In this document: positions 29,693 through 39,522 of the stretch, piece by piece | Layout: the number at the start of each line of letters is the position of its first letter | Numbering within the stretch: the stretch's first letter is position 1 | Assembly (NCBI GenBank): GCA_963676835.2 | Contig: CAXXFF010000004.1 | Coordinates: 256,001 to 320,000 of the forward strand | Direction: 5' to 3' | Source of the DNA: Marispirochaeta sp. | Lineage (GTDB): Bacteria; Spirochaetota; Spirochaetia; JC444; Marispirochaetaceae | Length of the DNA stretch: 64,000 nt | The notes under the pieces: generated by a model | Told to the model about the DNA's origin: nothing | Databases searched by the model: none | The model's input: the letters and a program-made list of their open reading frames with translations, nothing else | Translations under genes and position numbers: made by a program

Positions 29693-29779
29693 GGTCAGGA
29701 AAGAGTGGACCACCTTGAGGGACCGTGATCCGCTCTCAGTGTTCCTGACCAAAATAGTACACTTGTACGGATTTGTCAA
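29693..29779 (-). promoter_or_regulatory. Sigma-70 promoter and long leader stem-loop of the hyd maturation operon
   Basis: TTGACA-17-TATTTT (29779-29751); hairpin GGTCAGGAA..GAGAGCGGATCAC / GTGGTCCACTCT TTCCTGACC ending just before the GGAGG RBS. Confidence 0.5.
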
Positions 29780-29963
29780 TATAGTGATAAATTTTTATTT
29801 ATTGTGATTTGCATAACAATAAACAATCTCATTATCAGCCTGTAACAAGACATTTACGGAAGTATACCGGCTTCAGAGAGAGTCCGCAACGGATAAACGG
29901 ATGCGGAAGAAAATCCATACCGATCTACAGTTTACTACTGTCCGGGACAAGTAGCACTCTCTC

Positions 29964-31250
29964 TTACCTGAGACTGGGAACGGTAATGCAGCCGTCGGGA
30001 AGTACAATCACTTTGGGTTCCGCCACACCTGCCTGCTTTGCCCGTTCAAGCGCAGCATTTAAGGCCTGCTGTATATCTTCCGCAGGCTCTATGAACATGC
30101 TTGCAAGCCGTTCATCAGTAAGCTCGGTTTTCGCAGTAACCCTTGCCCGCGCGGAAACTTCCGCCATCTTGGCAGCCTTATGATATCCAAGTACATAGCC
30201 TTCGCTTATAGTTCGCAGGGCCTCTTCCGGTGAAGAAGTGGACGCCAGAAGGTTTGCATAGGCCTCATCGCCGATCCCGTCCCGGCAGGATGAAACAAGA
30301 ATAAGGGTGCCGCCGTCTTTGAGTGCAAGAGCTCCATTATCGATGGCCTTCTGGGACTGGTAAAGGTCTATATCCATGGGGAATTTGGCTATGGAGATGA
30401 CCACATCCGCCTTTTCCGGAATATCCACACAGAAAATTGACCGTGCTGTATCAATTGCAGCAACAAAAGAGCCGTAAAGATCCCCCGCGGTTGCCGCAGC
30501 AACACGCTGTTCACCGTCAAGAACGGTCATTACAGCGAATACCGGAGCATGGATATGTGTAAGAGCATCTATCATATCCTCATGCACCGGATTGCCCTCC
30601 AGGGCAAGGGCCTTTGCTTCCGGATTCAGAGCCAGCTTATGATTGGCTTCTATGGTTTCATATGCAGCAACACCGGGGAGAAAGGCCTTGCGGCCGCCGG
30701 TAAATCCGGCAAAATAGTGGGGCTCCACACTGCCGGTAACCAGAATGCGGTCGGCCTCGAAAACCGCCTTGTTCAGCAGAATAGGAGTGCCGTTACGGGT
30801 TTCTCCAACCTTCTGCATTGCACCAGTATCCCTTGCCTCATGGGCCAGGCAGCAGCCCCTCAAGGTGTCGAAATGAGGCCCCAGAATCTGGCGGTATTCA
30901 TCTTCCGTGGGTGCCCGGTGAGCCCCGGTGGCGACAATAACGGTTATTCCGTCTGGTTCTATGCCTTGTGAAGAAAGTGCCGGGACCAGCAGGTCCAGCA
31001 TGGCCTCGGTAGGTGTAGGCCGGGTGGCATCGTTTACTATTATCAGTACCCGGGATGCCCCTTCAAGAAAACTCTCAAGCTTCTGCCCGGGAGCGCCTTC
31101 GGCATTCAGAGGAACAGAGACAGCCTTCGCAAGGATTTCCCCGGCGGTACCTTCAAGATGGAACTCATTCGGCTCCGCTTCAAGGAGCAGATTTTCATCG
31201 GGGATTTCTATAGATAAGGTCTGGTTAAGATAGGGTATATCAAGCGTCAC
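29964..31250 (-). CDS. larA: Nickel-pincer-dependent lactate racemase family protein (LarA-like)
   Basis: VNDATRPTP, ATGAHR, PHYFAGFTGGRKAFLPGVA, NH, DLYQSQKA motifs. Confidence 0.88.
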   Translation of the reverse strand: MTLDIPYLNQTLSIEIPDENLLLEAEPNEFHLEGTAGEILAKAVSVPLNAEGAPGQKLESFLEGASRVLIIVNDATRPTPTEAMLDLLVPALSSQGIEPDGITVIVATGAHRAPTEDEYRQILGPHFDTLRGCCLAHEARDTGAMQKVGETRNGTPILLNKAVFEADRILVTGSVEPHYFAGFTGGRKAFLPGVAAYETIEANHKLALNPEAKALALEGNPVHEDMIDALTHIHAPVFAVMTVLDGEQRVAAATAGDLYGSFVAAIDTARSIFCVDIPEKADVVISIAKFPMDIDLYQSQKAIDNGALALKDGGTLILVSSCRDGIGDEAYANLLASTSSPEEALRTISEGYVLGYHKAAKMAEVSARARVTAKTELTDERLASMFIEPAEDIQQALNAALERAKQAGVAEPKVIVLPDGCITVPSLR

Positions 31251-31330
31251 AGCGGTCTCCTGTTGCCATAAAAAGGTCTATTTATTATACATAAAAACAA
31301 TAATTATCGAAGAGGCTTATTCCAAAAATA

Positions 31331-31361
31331 TTGCAAACCTGTCACTTGTATGTTAACATAC
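31331..31361 (+). promoter_or_regulatory. Sigma-70 promoter overlapped by a GntR-type palindromic operator
   Basis: TTGCAA-17-TAACAT; perfect palindrome GTATGTTAACATAC at 31348-31361. Confidence 0.6.
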
Positions 31362-31406
31362 TTCCACTTGAAACTAACCGACAAAGTCGAAAAAAGGAGC
31401 ACATAG

Positions 31407-32438
31407 ATGAGAGCTTTACAGCTGACCGAATACAACAAGCTGGAGATGGTAGACGTCCCCAAACCCGAACCGAAAGAGAAAGAAGTACTTATTAAAGTAG
31501 AAGCCTGCGGAATCTGCGGCAGCGATATTCACGGAGTAGACGGAAGCACAGGACGACGGATTCCTCCTGTAATCATGGGCCATGAGGCAAGCGGAGTAAT
31601 CGAAAAACTCGGACCGGGAATCAAGAACTACAAGGTCGGCGACCGGGTAGCCTTCGACTCCACCATCTACTGCGGCGAGTGCCGTTACTGCCGTGAGGGT
31701 GCGGTAAACTTCTGCGAAAACCGCCAGGTTCTCGGTGTATCCTGCGACGAGTTCCACCGTGACGGTGCTTTCGCAGAGTTTGTTACCGTACCTGAAATTG
31801 TACTCTACCCGATGCCCGATGAAGTTACCTTCGAACAGGGCGCCATGCTGGAACCCCTGGCTATTGCCCTACACGCGGTGCGCATTACCCCAATTACCAT
31901 CGGTGATACAGCCCTCCTTATGGGTGCTGGAATCATTGGTCTCATGACCCTGCAGGCCCTGAAGAATGCGGGTTGTACAAAAATCTACGTTGCCGATGTT
32001 GACGAAACCAGACTGGAACTGGCACGCAAATTCGGCGCCACCGAAACCTTCGATCCCCGCAAAGTAAATATCCCGGAAGAGATTATGAAACGAACCGCCG
32101 GACTGGGAGCCCATATCTCCTTCGATGCGGTTGGAATGGAAGCAACCGTTCTTCCCTGTATCTACAGCCTGCGCAAAGGAGGCCACTTTACCGCAATCGG
32201 TAATATTACTCCCACCATCACCAGCCCCCACCAGTATATCGTTTCCCACCAGATTACCGTAAAGGGTTCCAACGCCTCTGCCGGTGAGTTTGGAGCAGCC
32301 CTGGAACTGATTCAGATGGGCATGGTAGATGTGGACACCGTAATGTCCGCAGTCGCACCCCTGGAAGAGGGAGAAGCCTGGTTCAAACGGCTGATTGACA
32401 AGGAACCGGGGCTGTACAAGGTCATCCTGAAACCGTAA
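31407..32438 (+). CDS. Zinc-dependent sugar/polyol dehydrogenase (MDR family)
   Basis: CGICGSDIH, GHEASG, CGECRYC..C structural Zn, GAGIIG. Confidence 0.92.
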   Translation: MRALQLTEYNKLEMVDVPKPEPKEKEVLIKVEACGICGSDIHGVDGSTGRRIPPVIMGHEASGVIEKLGPGIKNYKVGDRVAFDSTIYCGECRYCREGAVNFCENRQVLGVSCDEFHRDGAFAEFVTVPEIVLYPMPDEVTFEQGAMLEPLAIALHAVRITPITIGDTALLMGAGIIGLMTLQALKNAGCTKIYVADVDETRLELARKFGATETFDPRKVNIPEEIMKRTAGLGAHISFDAVGMEATVLPCIYSLRKGGHFTAIGNITPTITSPHQYIVSHQITVKGSNASAGEFGAALELIQMGMVDVDTVMSAVAPLEEGEAWFKRLIDKEPGLYKVILKP

Positions 32439-32465
32439 TAATTATTGCAGGAGGAAACTGAAATT

Positions 32466-33251
32466 ATGTCTACTGCAATGTTTGATTTAACCGGGCGCTT
32501 TGCTGTTGTAACCGGTGCAAGCCGGGGGCTTGGTCTGGCTCTTGCCAAAGCTCTGGCATCTGCCGGGGCTGACCTGGCGGTAACCAGCCGAACTGAAGCA
32601 TCCCTGGAAGGAACCTGCAAGGAAATTGAGGCCATGGGCCGAAAATGCCTGCCGGTGGCTCTGGATGTACAGGATATTAACAGCATAGAAGCTGCTACGG
32701 ATAAGATTCTTGCCGAGTACGGAAGAATTGATATTCTGGTAAACAACGCCGGCTGCAATGTACGCAAAGCAGCTATCGATATGACCGTTGAAGACTGGGA
32801 CATGGTACTGAACACCAACCTGAGGGGCGCATACTTCATGTGCACCTCGGTGGTACGCAAATCCATGCTCAAGAACAAATACGGCCGGATTATCAATATC
32901 GGATCCGGAACCAGTGTGTTCGGCTCCGGCGGAATCGGCCCCTACTGTGCCAGCCGCGGCGGAATCCGCCAGCTGACCCAGAGCATGGCCGATGAATGGG
33001 GCGTGGACGGAATCAACGTAAACACCCTGGGACCGGGCTGGTTCAAAACGGAGCAGACAAAGGTGCTCTACGAAAACCAGGCCTGGGTAGATTACATTGT
33101 TGACCGTATCCCCCAGAAACGGGTGGGAAAGCCGGAAGATCTGGCCGGTATGGCCATCTTCCTTGCCTCGGATGCATCCGAGTATGTAACCGGTCAGCTA
33201 TTAATGGTAGACGGCGGACTCACCACCGGTGCCATGAAGGCGAAGGTTTAG
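32466..33251 (+). CDS. SDR oxidoreductase (gluconate 5-dehydrogenase/KduD-like)
   Basis: FDLTGR, TGASRGLG, NNAG, YCASR, GPGWF.T; catalytic YxxxK appears as YxxxR. Confidence 0.85.
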   Translation: MSTAMFDLTGRFAVVTGASRGLGLALAKALASAGADLAVTSRTEASLEGTCKEIEAMGRKCLPVALDVQDINSIEAATDKILAEYGRIDILVNNAGCNVRKAAIDMTVEDWDMVLNTNLRGAYFMCTSVVRKSMLKNKYGRIINIGSGTSVFGSGGIGPYCASRGGIRQLTQSMADEWGVDGINVNTLGPGWFKTEQTKVLYENQAWVDYIVDRIPQKRVGKPEDLAGMAIFLASDASEYVTGQLLMVDGGLTTGAMKAKV

Positions 33252-33272
33252 ATACTTTTTCTGATTAAATCA

Positions 33273-34202
33273 TCACACCGGGTCCCTGGGGTCCCGGTTT
33301 TTTTTATGTTCGCTGCAGAACCGGGCCAGCGACTCCAGACGGGCCATGCCCTGTATGGATTTATGCTGCAATGGAACATCCACGATCTGTGATAACGGAA
33401 ACTCCCTGCAAATCCTGTCCCAGCGGGAATCATCCCTGCTGCTTTTATTAACAATAACCCTGCCTATTGGAATAGAGAGCTCAGCAAGCTGATCCCGAAT
33501 ACTCAGGGATTCCGAAAAACTGAGTTCATCCTCATTCATGACGAGATGTATCCGGGTATGACTGCTGTCCTTTAAATATTCCTGAACCTGGCGGTAACGC
33601 TTTTTCATGGTCTGCAGCTGCCTGAAAACCGGGTCATCAGCAAGTTCACGAAGCTCTTCCTTCCGGATTCGCGCCACAGCCTGTTTCTTCTGAATGATCT
33701 CCATGCGCATCTGTTCAAGCTGTTCAATCCAGAGAAGATTAACCTCTCCCAGCGCCAGAGTTTTAAGCGTCAGTGCAGTGGGAGGAGTATCCACCACTAT
33801 CTTTTCAAATCCTTTATGGCTGTCTGTAGCTTTGAACAGGTCTTCCAGGGCAAGCCAGGCGGAGTACTCCTCCATTCCGGGAGCAAACTTGAGGATATCA
33901 AAATATTTATCAATATTAAGGGCCTGCTGATAATGGTAAATACCGGAAAAGCTGCGGCGTACATGCTTCAGATAGTCACGGGTGCCCTTTTTCAGATCTG
34001 TTTCCCGGGCAGTAAGGTAGGGAGTAACTTTTTTTCCCTTATTACCCAATTCACAGTTGAAGATATCATGCAGATTGTGGGCAGGATCCATGGAAACCAG
34101 AAGGGTCTTCTGTTTCAGTGAGGCGAAAAATACTCCCTGAAGAGAGGAACAGGTAGACTTCCCCACTCCGCCTTTCCCGATAAACAGTTCAACCCGGCAC
34201 AT
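33273..34202 (-). CDS. ArsA/GET3-like single-domain ATPase
   Basis: GKGGVGKST, SMDPAHNL, PGMEEY, DTPPTA motifs. Confidence 0.88.
   Translation of the reverse strand: MCRVELFIGKGGVGKSTCSSLQGVFFASLKQKTLLVSMDPAHNLHDIFNCELGNKGKKVTPYLTARETDLKKGTRDYLKHVRRSFSGIYHYQQALNIDKYFDILKFAPGMEEYSAWLALEDLFKATDSHKGFEKIVVDTPPTALTLKTLALGEVNLLWIEQLEQMRMEIIQKKQAVARIRKEELRELADDPVFRQLQTMKKRYRQVQEYLKDSSHTRIHLVMNEDELSFSESLSIRDQLAELSIPIGRVIVNKSSRDDSRWDRICREFPLSQIVDVPLQHKSIQGMARLESLARFCSEHKKNRDPRDPV
33277..33306 (+). terminator. Rho-independent terminator
   Basis: ACCGGG...CCCGGT stem followed by a long T run. Confidence 0.65.
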
Positions 34203-34486
34203 CAGGGTTCCCCCATAACACTGGCCAGCTCGCTCAGGCCGTTTCCGGTCTGTGACGCTCTGACAAGCAGCCGTTCCAGATCATCACCCATCACAGGGAG
34301 CAGTTCCAGAACCAAGGGGACCGGCGGAGCAGGAAGACCGGTAAAGCTGCCGAACAGCATCAGTGCCATGGAATGTTCCATCTCCGCCGCTTCATAGGCC
34401 AGCTGATTTGTCGCCTTATGCTGCATGGCCATACCGAATCCCCGGAAGAATCCTGCAATGGCAGACAGCAGTTCAGTTAACTTCAT
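34202..34486 (-). CDS. Small protein of cstA-ArsA modules (cory-CC-star-like)
   Basis: E..MALMLFG..GLP.PP...LELLP pattern; position between cstA and the ArsA-like gene. Confidence 0.6.
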   Translation of the reverse strand: MKLTELLSAIAGFFRGFGMAMQHKATNQLAYEAAEMEHSMALMLFGSFTGLPAPPVPLVLELLPVMGDDLERLLVRASQTGNGLSELASVMGEP

Positions 34487-34916
34487 CGGAGACTCCGTAG
34501 ATCTTCAGATCGTAGACGAGGCTCCGCTGGAAAGGCAGAACCGAATAAATACCGTAAAGTGCCGCAAGAACCGACAAATAGAGGTGATAACGAAAAACAG
34601 GGATCAGCAGAGACCATGCGGCAAATATACTTCCCAGGCAGACTGAACCAAGGGATAAGAGCTTGAATAGCCGGAATTCTCTGAATGACAGTCCCCGCTG
34701 CTGCTCTTTTTTCCTGCAAAAAATGAGCCGAATAATAATCGGCAGGGCAACAGAAAAAATAACCGTACCCATAAGTCCTGCAAAAGAGTTGAACCTGCCT
34801 GCATGCAGAGAAAAAACGTTCCGGCTTCCTGCAAAGTGAGAACCTGCCATAACGGCAAGAAGCAGAACAACAGTAATCCAGGCAGCCCGTTTGAGATTTT
34901 TTATGTTTTCAACCAT
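34473..34916 (-). CDS. Hypothetical membrane protein
   Basis: Four hydrophobic segments; AAGGA RBS; overlaps next gene. Confidence 0.6.
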   Translation of the reverse strand: MVENIKNLKRAAWITVVLLLAVMAGSHFAGSRNVFSLHAGRFNSFAGLMGTVIFSVALPIIIRLIFCRKKEQQRGLSFREFRLFKLLSLGSVCLGSIFAAWSLLIPVFRYHLYLSVLAALYGIYSVLPFQRSLVYDLKIYGVSDEVN

Positions 34917-34982
34917 GGCAGGCCATCCTTGTTTAACTTGTTAGATATGCCTGCCCCCGCAGAGACAGGCATGGTATAAGGC

Positions 34983-36725
34983 TTACGCCAGGGCGTGCCC
35001 CTCGGCTCCACTGGACTTGAACAGAGCATTGAAGCTCTCAACCGAAACAAAGAGTACTATGGCAATAATCACAAAGTTTATTATTCCCAGAAGAACATTT
35101 CCGCCGGTTATATAGCTCATTTCATTGCTGACAAGAGCCCAGAGGGTCATTATCAGCATGAAACAGGCAGGAAGCAGGGTGTAAAAATAACCTTTACTGC
35201 CTCTGTTCTTCAGATAAACCGAAGCAGTAAACAGCGCCAGAGCAGCCAGGGTCTGATTATTTGCACCAAAAAGCGGCCAGAGGGTCAGCGCGCCTTTTCC
35301 GTCCACACCGGATGAGAAAGCTAACAGTCCTGCAGTAATCAGGGCAAGGATTGTAGCACCGTACTTGTTGGTAAAGAAATTCTTCCTGTCCGCTGCACCT
35401 ACCCTGTTGGCTCCCAGGAGTTCCTGAATAACATAGCGCTGCAGACGGGTTGTGGTATCCAGAGAAGTACCGGCAAAGGAGGCAACAAAAACTCCCATGA
35501 TTATCAGGCCCAGATATTTTGGAATACCCAGGAAGCTGATCATGTTTGCCGACCCTTCCACAAAGGCGCCTACCTTGGCGCCTAAACCGGCAGCGGCACC
35601 CCAGGAGGCGTAATGTTCAGTCCACTTGGCAACACCGGTTACAGCGGCTGTCTCACCCCGAGCCGCAAGACCGATACCTGCAGCAGTAGCTACAATAACC
35701 AGTACCGAAAGTGCCCCTTCCATCAGCATGGATCCATACCCTACAAACTGAGCATCTTCTTCACGGGATACCTGCTTTGCTGTAGTTCCGGAAGATACCA
35801 CCGCATGAAAGCCGGATATTGCACCACAGGCGATGGTTATAAAGAGGAAAGGCCACATAGAAGGTGAATCCTTGGGCGTCAGCTGTACCGCTGGAGCAAC
35901 CACTTTAAGACCGCTGAATGCAGAGATCACCACTCCCACAACCAGCAGCCCCATGGCGATAAACAGCTGCCAGGCATTTATATAATCCCGGGGCTGCAGC
36001 AGGGTTGTAACCGGCAGAGTCGAGGCGATAAAAGCATAGACAAAAAGAATGATGGTCCAGGTTCCGGTGGCAGGCATGGCGCCAATATTCGGCATATCGA
36101 GGGGAACAAAATGGCCAAGAACTACCGTAACATACATGGCAGTAACAGCAATTACAGTGGTCCTCACCACATGGGTATTCTTTTTGTAGATTGCATATCC
36201 AAGGGCGATGGCTATGGGAATTTCCATCCATACCGGAAATACCGATTCGGGATACATATGAAAAATTACGGCTATTATCATTCCCAGTATTGCCAGGAAC
36301 AGCCACAGCTCGATAAAAACAATCAGAAAGAAGGCTGCCCGGATACGCTTACTGATATACTTCGCAGCAATCTCCGAAATAGACTTTCCCTGATTGCGCA
36401 GAGACATTACCAGGGCTGAGAAATCGTGTACCGCACCCATAACAATGGAGCCGACCACAACCCAGATAAGAGCAGGGAGCCATCCCCAGATTACCCCGAT
36501 AGCGGGCCCCACAATCGGACCTGTACCGGCAATAGACGTAAAGTGATGTCCGAAAATGATGCCCTTTTTTGTAGGCACATAATCGACGCCGTCCTGGAAC
36601 TCCTCTGCAGGAGTAGTATTGGCATTGGAAAGCTTGAAAACTTTCTTGCCGATGAACTCTCCGTACAGACGGTAGGCGACAATGTAGCCAACGAAAGCGA
36701 CTATCATTATCATTACTGCAGTCAT
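34983..36725 (-). CDS. cstA: Carbon starvation protein A family transporter
   Basis: DGVDYVPT, FGHHFTSIAGTGPIVGP, LLQPRDY, TIACGAISGFH, LWPLFGANNQ. Confidence 0.93.
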   Translation of the reverse strand: MTAVMIMIVAFVGYIVAYRLYGEFIGKKVFKLSNANTTPAEEFQDGVDYVPTKKGIIFGHHFTSIAGTGPIVGPAIGVIWGWLPALIWVVVGSIVMGAVHDFSALVMSLRNQGKSISEIAAKYISKRIRAAFFLIVFIELWLFLAILGMIIAVIFHMYPESVFPVWMEIPIAIALGYAIYKKNTHVVRTTVIAVTAMYVTVVLGHFVPLDMPNIGAMPATGTWTIILFVYAFIASTLPVTTLLQPRDYINAWQLFIAMGLLVVGVVISAFSGLKVVAPAVQLTPKDSPSMWPFLFITIACGAISGFHAVVSSGTTAKQVSREEDAQFVGYGSMLMEGALSVLVIVATAAGIGLAARGETAAVTGVAKWTEHYASWGAAAGLGAKVGAFVEGSANMISFLGIPKYLGLIIMGVFVASFAGTSLDTTTRLQRYVIQELLGANRVGAADRKNFFTNKYGATILALITAGLLAFSSGVDGKGALTLWPLFGANNQTLAALALFTASVYLKNRGSKGYFYTLLPACFMLIMTLWALVSNEMSYITGGNVLLGIINFVIIAIVLFVSVESFNALFKSSGAEGHALA

Positions 36726-36962
36726 AATCGTCCTCCTGAAATTGATTTTTACTATCACTTACGTGATGTTGATAGGTGCCTTAATAACAGCTTTTCCCCC
36801 CAAATAAATCGGCGAGATAATCTCCATGGTCATCTTTGGCTATGGGGAAAGTATGATATTTTTAGGGCAGCCTTTATATAATTAAACACCCGATAGGCGA
36901 ACTTGTCCAACAAATTCTGGTCCGACCAATAATTCAGGAGGGAGATGCTCCGAAAAGAGCCA

Positions 36963-37005
36963 ATCAGGTCATTATATGACCCGATTATGGTACCTGATCG
37001 GGTCA
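36963..37005. repeat. Cluster of alternating ATC(A/G)GGTCA inverted repeats
   Basis: ATCAGGTCAT-tat-ATGACCCGAT and TGACCCGAT-N11-ATCGGGTCA. Confidence 0.45.
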
Positions 37006-37059
37006 AAAAGAAGGAATTTCGATTTCAATGCAGGAGAACAATCAGCAAATCATGATTTT

Positions 37060-37458
37060 TCAGGTGATCTGTAAATAGAAATGCAGGAACTCTGCTGGAG
37101 ATACAATCATGTCTGATGCAGGAAAGTGTTTGGAATTTCCAGTAACAAGTTTTTCAGCTGATCCCGATATTGCGACTTCATAGAAGGCACGGTCATCCTC
37201 GTCCGGAAAAGTTTCGGCCAAAGGAGCTGCTGTTACAAACAGCGATTCATGCTGAATAAAATCAAGCAGGGATTGTATCCACTCCTTTTTAAAACCGAAC
37301 TTCGGTCGTTGCAGTACTTCTGTGTATTCAAGCAATATGCGGTTGTCCACAGCAAGTTTTACACTTCCATTTAAAACCAGGCTGAGAATCGCAGCAGGAG
37401 AACCTGAAGGATTGAGCAGTCCCGAAACAAGGACATTGGTATCCAGGTCAATCGTCAT
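37060..37458 (-). CDS. PIN-domain toxin
   Basis: LDTNVLVSG, E(Y).EVL.RPKF, DEDD..F, LVTGN.KHF. Confidence 0.88.
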   Translation of the reverse strand: MTIDLDTNVLVSGLLNPSGSPAAILSLVLNGSVKLAVDNRILLEYTEVLQRPKFGFKKEWIQSLLDFIQHESLFVTAAPLAETFPDEDDRAFYEVAISGSAEKLVTGNSKHFPASDMIVSPAEFLHFYLQIT

Positions 37459-37745
37459 CAGGACTTTTTACCTGCCCGATACTCTGCTATCTCCGCAGCG
37501 ATATCTCCATCACTCATATTACCCGCGCCGCTCTTAATAGAGTGCATCTGCATCTGCCGTACTGCATTAACTGCGCGGGCTTGCCGGACCGCAGAGAGGG
37601 TTTCTTCCAAATTGGTATCATCTAGGGGTGTCATAAGGGCGATGGGTTTACCGTTATTGGTAATTATCATCTCCTGCTCTTCCGGAAGGTCTTTCCAGAT
37701 TTTTGCCGGGGTGGTGCGTAAATCGCGGACAGTAATGAATCTCAT
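37458..37745 (-). CDS. Phd/YefM family antitoxin
   Basis: MRFITVRDLR, IITNNGKPIA; overlaps toxin start. Confidence 0.85.
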   Translation of the reverse strand: MRFITVRDLRTTPAKIWKDLPEEQEMIITNNGKPIALMTPLDDTNLEETLSAVRQARAVNAVRQMQMHSIKSGAGNMSDGDIAAEIAEYRAGKKS

Positions 37746-37882
37746 AGCGATACCTCACCTATAAAGTAACGCAATGTCACCTGATTGTCTACAAAAGAGG
37801 CAAATTCTATCAACTGAGAATAGCTCATACCTGCAAAAAGCCTTTTCAGGCATGGGTATACGGTTAACGATGGTTAAATGTA

Positions 37883-39487
37883 TTACTTCAGATACTTTTC
37901 CAGAACCGCTGAAATAGCTCCCGGACCGGCGAGCATTTCGGTAAAGATCCCCTCAATCTTATCCGCCAGACCATGCTCAACCAGATCAATCCCGAAAATC
38001 TTCGCATCCGAAAGAATCGCTGAAAGCTGAGATCCGAAAGGTCCGGTATCGCCCAGGCTGATTCCGGCAAGCTTTGCCTGCAATGACGGCCCCAGGGGGT
38101 CCGGACTTATTTCAAATGGCTTTCCTTCATCGTCAATGCCTACCAGATAGCGCAGCCAGCCTGCGATAAAAAGCGGCACTGCAGTAAGCCCTGCAAGGGC
38201 TTCCGGTCCTTTCTTTGCATAGGCTTTTAAGGTGACTCCGAAACGGACGGGAACCTTCTGGGATGTATCCCAGGCTATCCGCTGGGGCATGTCCGGCACA
38301 TACGGGTTGGGCAGCCGTTCTTCAAGTACCTCGCGGATAAAATCCTCCGGCTCAATTATCCCCGGATGTTCAGCCACCGGCAGCCCCTCGCCGTAACCAA
38401 GCTTCTCGATAAAGCGCACCAGCAGGGGATTCTTCATCTCTTCATAGATTCTGTCATACCCTAAAAGGCAGCCGAACACCGCAAGGGTGGTATGCAGGGG
38501 ATTCAGGCAGGTGCAGACCTTCATGGTTTCAACCTTGTCCACGGTCTCCCGTTTGGTAAACAGCACCCCTGCTTTTTCCAGAGGCGGCCTGCCGTTGGGA
38601 AAGCTATCCTCAATTACCAGATACTCCGAGGCTTCTAGATTCACGAAAGTGGTTGCCTTTGAGCCCTTGGCGGTCTCGATTATATCTCCGCTCTCATAGC
38701 CGTCTTTTAAAAGGATTTCCCGCACCTGCTCCGAGGGCTTGGGTACAATCTTGTCGATCATGGACCAGGGAAAGGAGACCTGCTCCGGATCCTGAATATA
38801 CTCAAGAAAACCCTTGTCAACGCTGCCGCTTTCCACCCATTGGCCGGCAATTTCTGTTACCGCCTTCTGCAGCTGCAGTCCGTTATGGGAGAAATTATCC
38901 ATACTCACCATGGCAATAGGGGCTGCCCCTGCGGTATAACGGCGATACAGCAGAAAAGATAGCAGCACCATTAAATGTGAGGGCTGTTCGGGAGGCGCAT
39001 CAAGAGCGGATTTCACCGCCGGAGCATATTCGCCGTCCGGGCCAAGCAGGGAGTAGGCCTTTTCAGTGGCGGCGAGACTCGCCATCTGCAGGGAGGAGTT
39101 TTCAAAGAACCGGACCAGCTGATCCAGTTCGGAGTTGGTTTTTATAAAGGCTGCCACACTGGCGAGCACCTGTTTGTCTACACTGCCGTCGGCATGGAGC
39201 ATGACAGAAAGAACAAGATTATCGTGGGGACGGAAGGCCCTGTCTACAACCTCTTCGTCCCAGCTGGAACAGATAATCATTCCCCGGTCGGTATGGCCTT
39301 CATTCAGAAGATCCTGCTGCAGGCGGGCAAGGTAGCCCCGGGAGATATTTCCCGAACCGAAATGCACCCAGACCGGCGACACCAGGGTTTTCTTATTGGC
39401 GGCAGCAATATCATGCTGAGGCAGAAGATACCCGCCGGCAGCCCACTGTTCTTTGTCTGTGTTTATTCCTGTAAGGGTAAGTTTCAT
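37883..39487 (-). CDS. uxuB: Mannitol dehydrogenase family, D-mannonate oxidoreductase
   Basis: WVHFGSGNI, SMDNFSHNG, FPWSMIDKIVP, FPNGRP, KVCTCLNPLHT; next to uxuA. Confidence 0.85.
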   Translation of the reverse strand: MKLTLTGINTDKEQWAAGGYLLPQHDIAAANKKTLVSPVWVHFGSGNISRGYLARLQQDLLNEGHTDRGMIICSSWDEEVVDRAFRPHDNLVLSVMLHADGSVDKQVLASVAAFIKTNSELDQLVRFFENSSLQMASLAATEKAYSLLGPDGEYAPAVKSALDAPPEQPSHLMVLLSFLLYRRYTAGAAPIAMVSMDNFSHNGLQLQKAVTEIAGQWVESGSVDKGFLEYIQDPEQVSFPWSMIDKIVPKPSEQVREILLKDGYESGDIIETAKGSKATTFVNLEASEYLVIEDSFPNGRPPLEKAGVLFTKRETVDKVETMKVCTCLNPLHTTLAVFGCLLGYDRIYEEMKNPLLVRFIEKLGYGEGLPVAEHPGIIEPEDFIREVLEERLPNPYVPDMPQRIAWDTSQKVPVRFGVTLKAYAKKGPEALAGLTAVPLFIAGWLRYLVGIDDEGKPFEISPDPLGPSLQAKLAGISLGDTGPFGSQLSAILSDAKIFGIDLVEHGLADKIEGIFTEMLAGPGAISAVLEKYLK

Positions 39488-39522
39488 CTGCCTGCTCCTT
39501 GTCTGCTATTAGGTATTTAAAA

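Noticed and set aside
29680..29750. TPP riboswitch upstream of the hydG (ThiH-like) operon
   Set aside because: CTGAGA and ACCTGATCCGG occur, but the TAATxCC-GCG-AGGGA 3' half and P1/P2 stems are missing, and the gene has the HydG C-terminal cluster motif.
33273..34202. Arsenic resistance operon
   Set aside because: Single-domain ATPase in a cstA context with no arsR/B/C/D.
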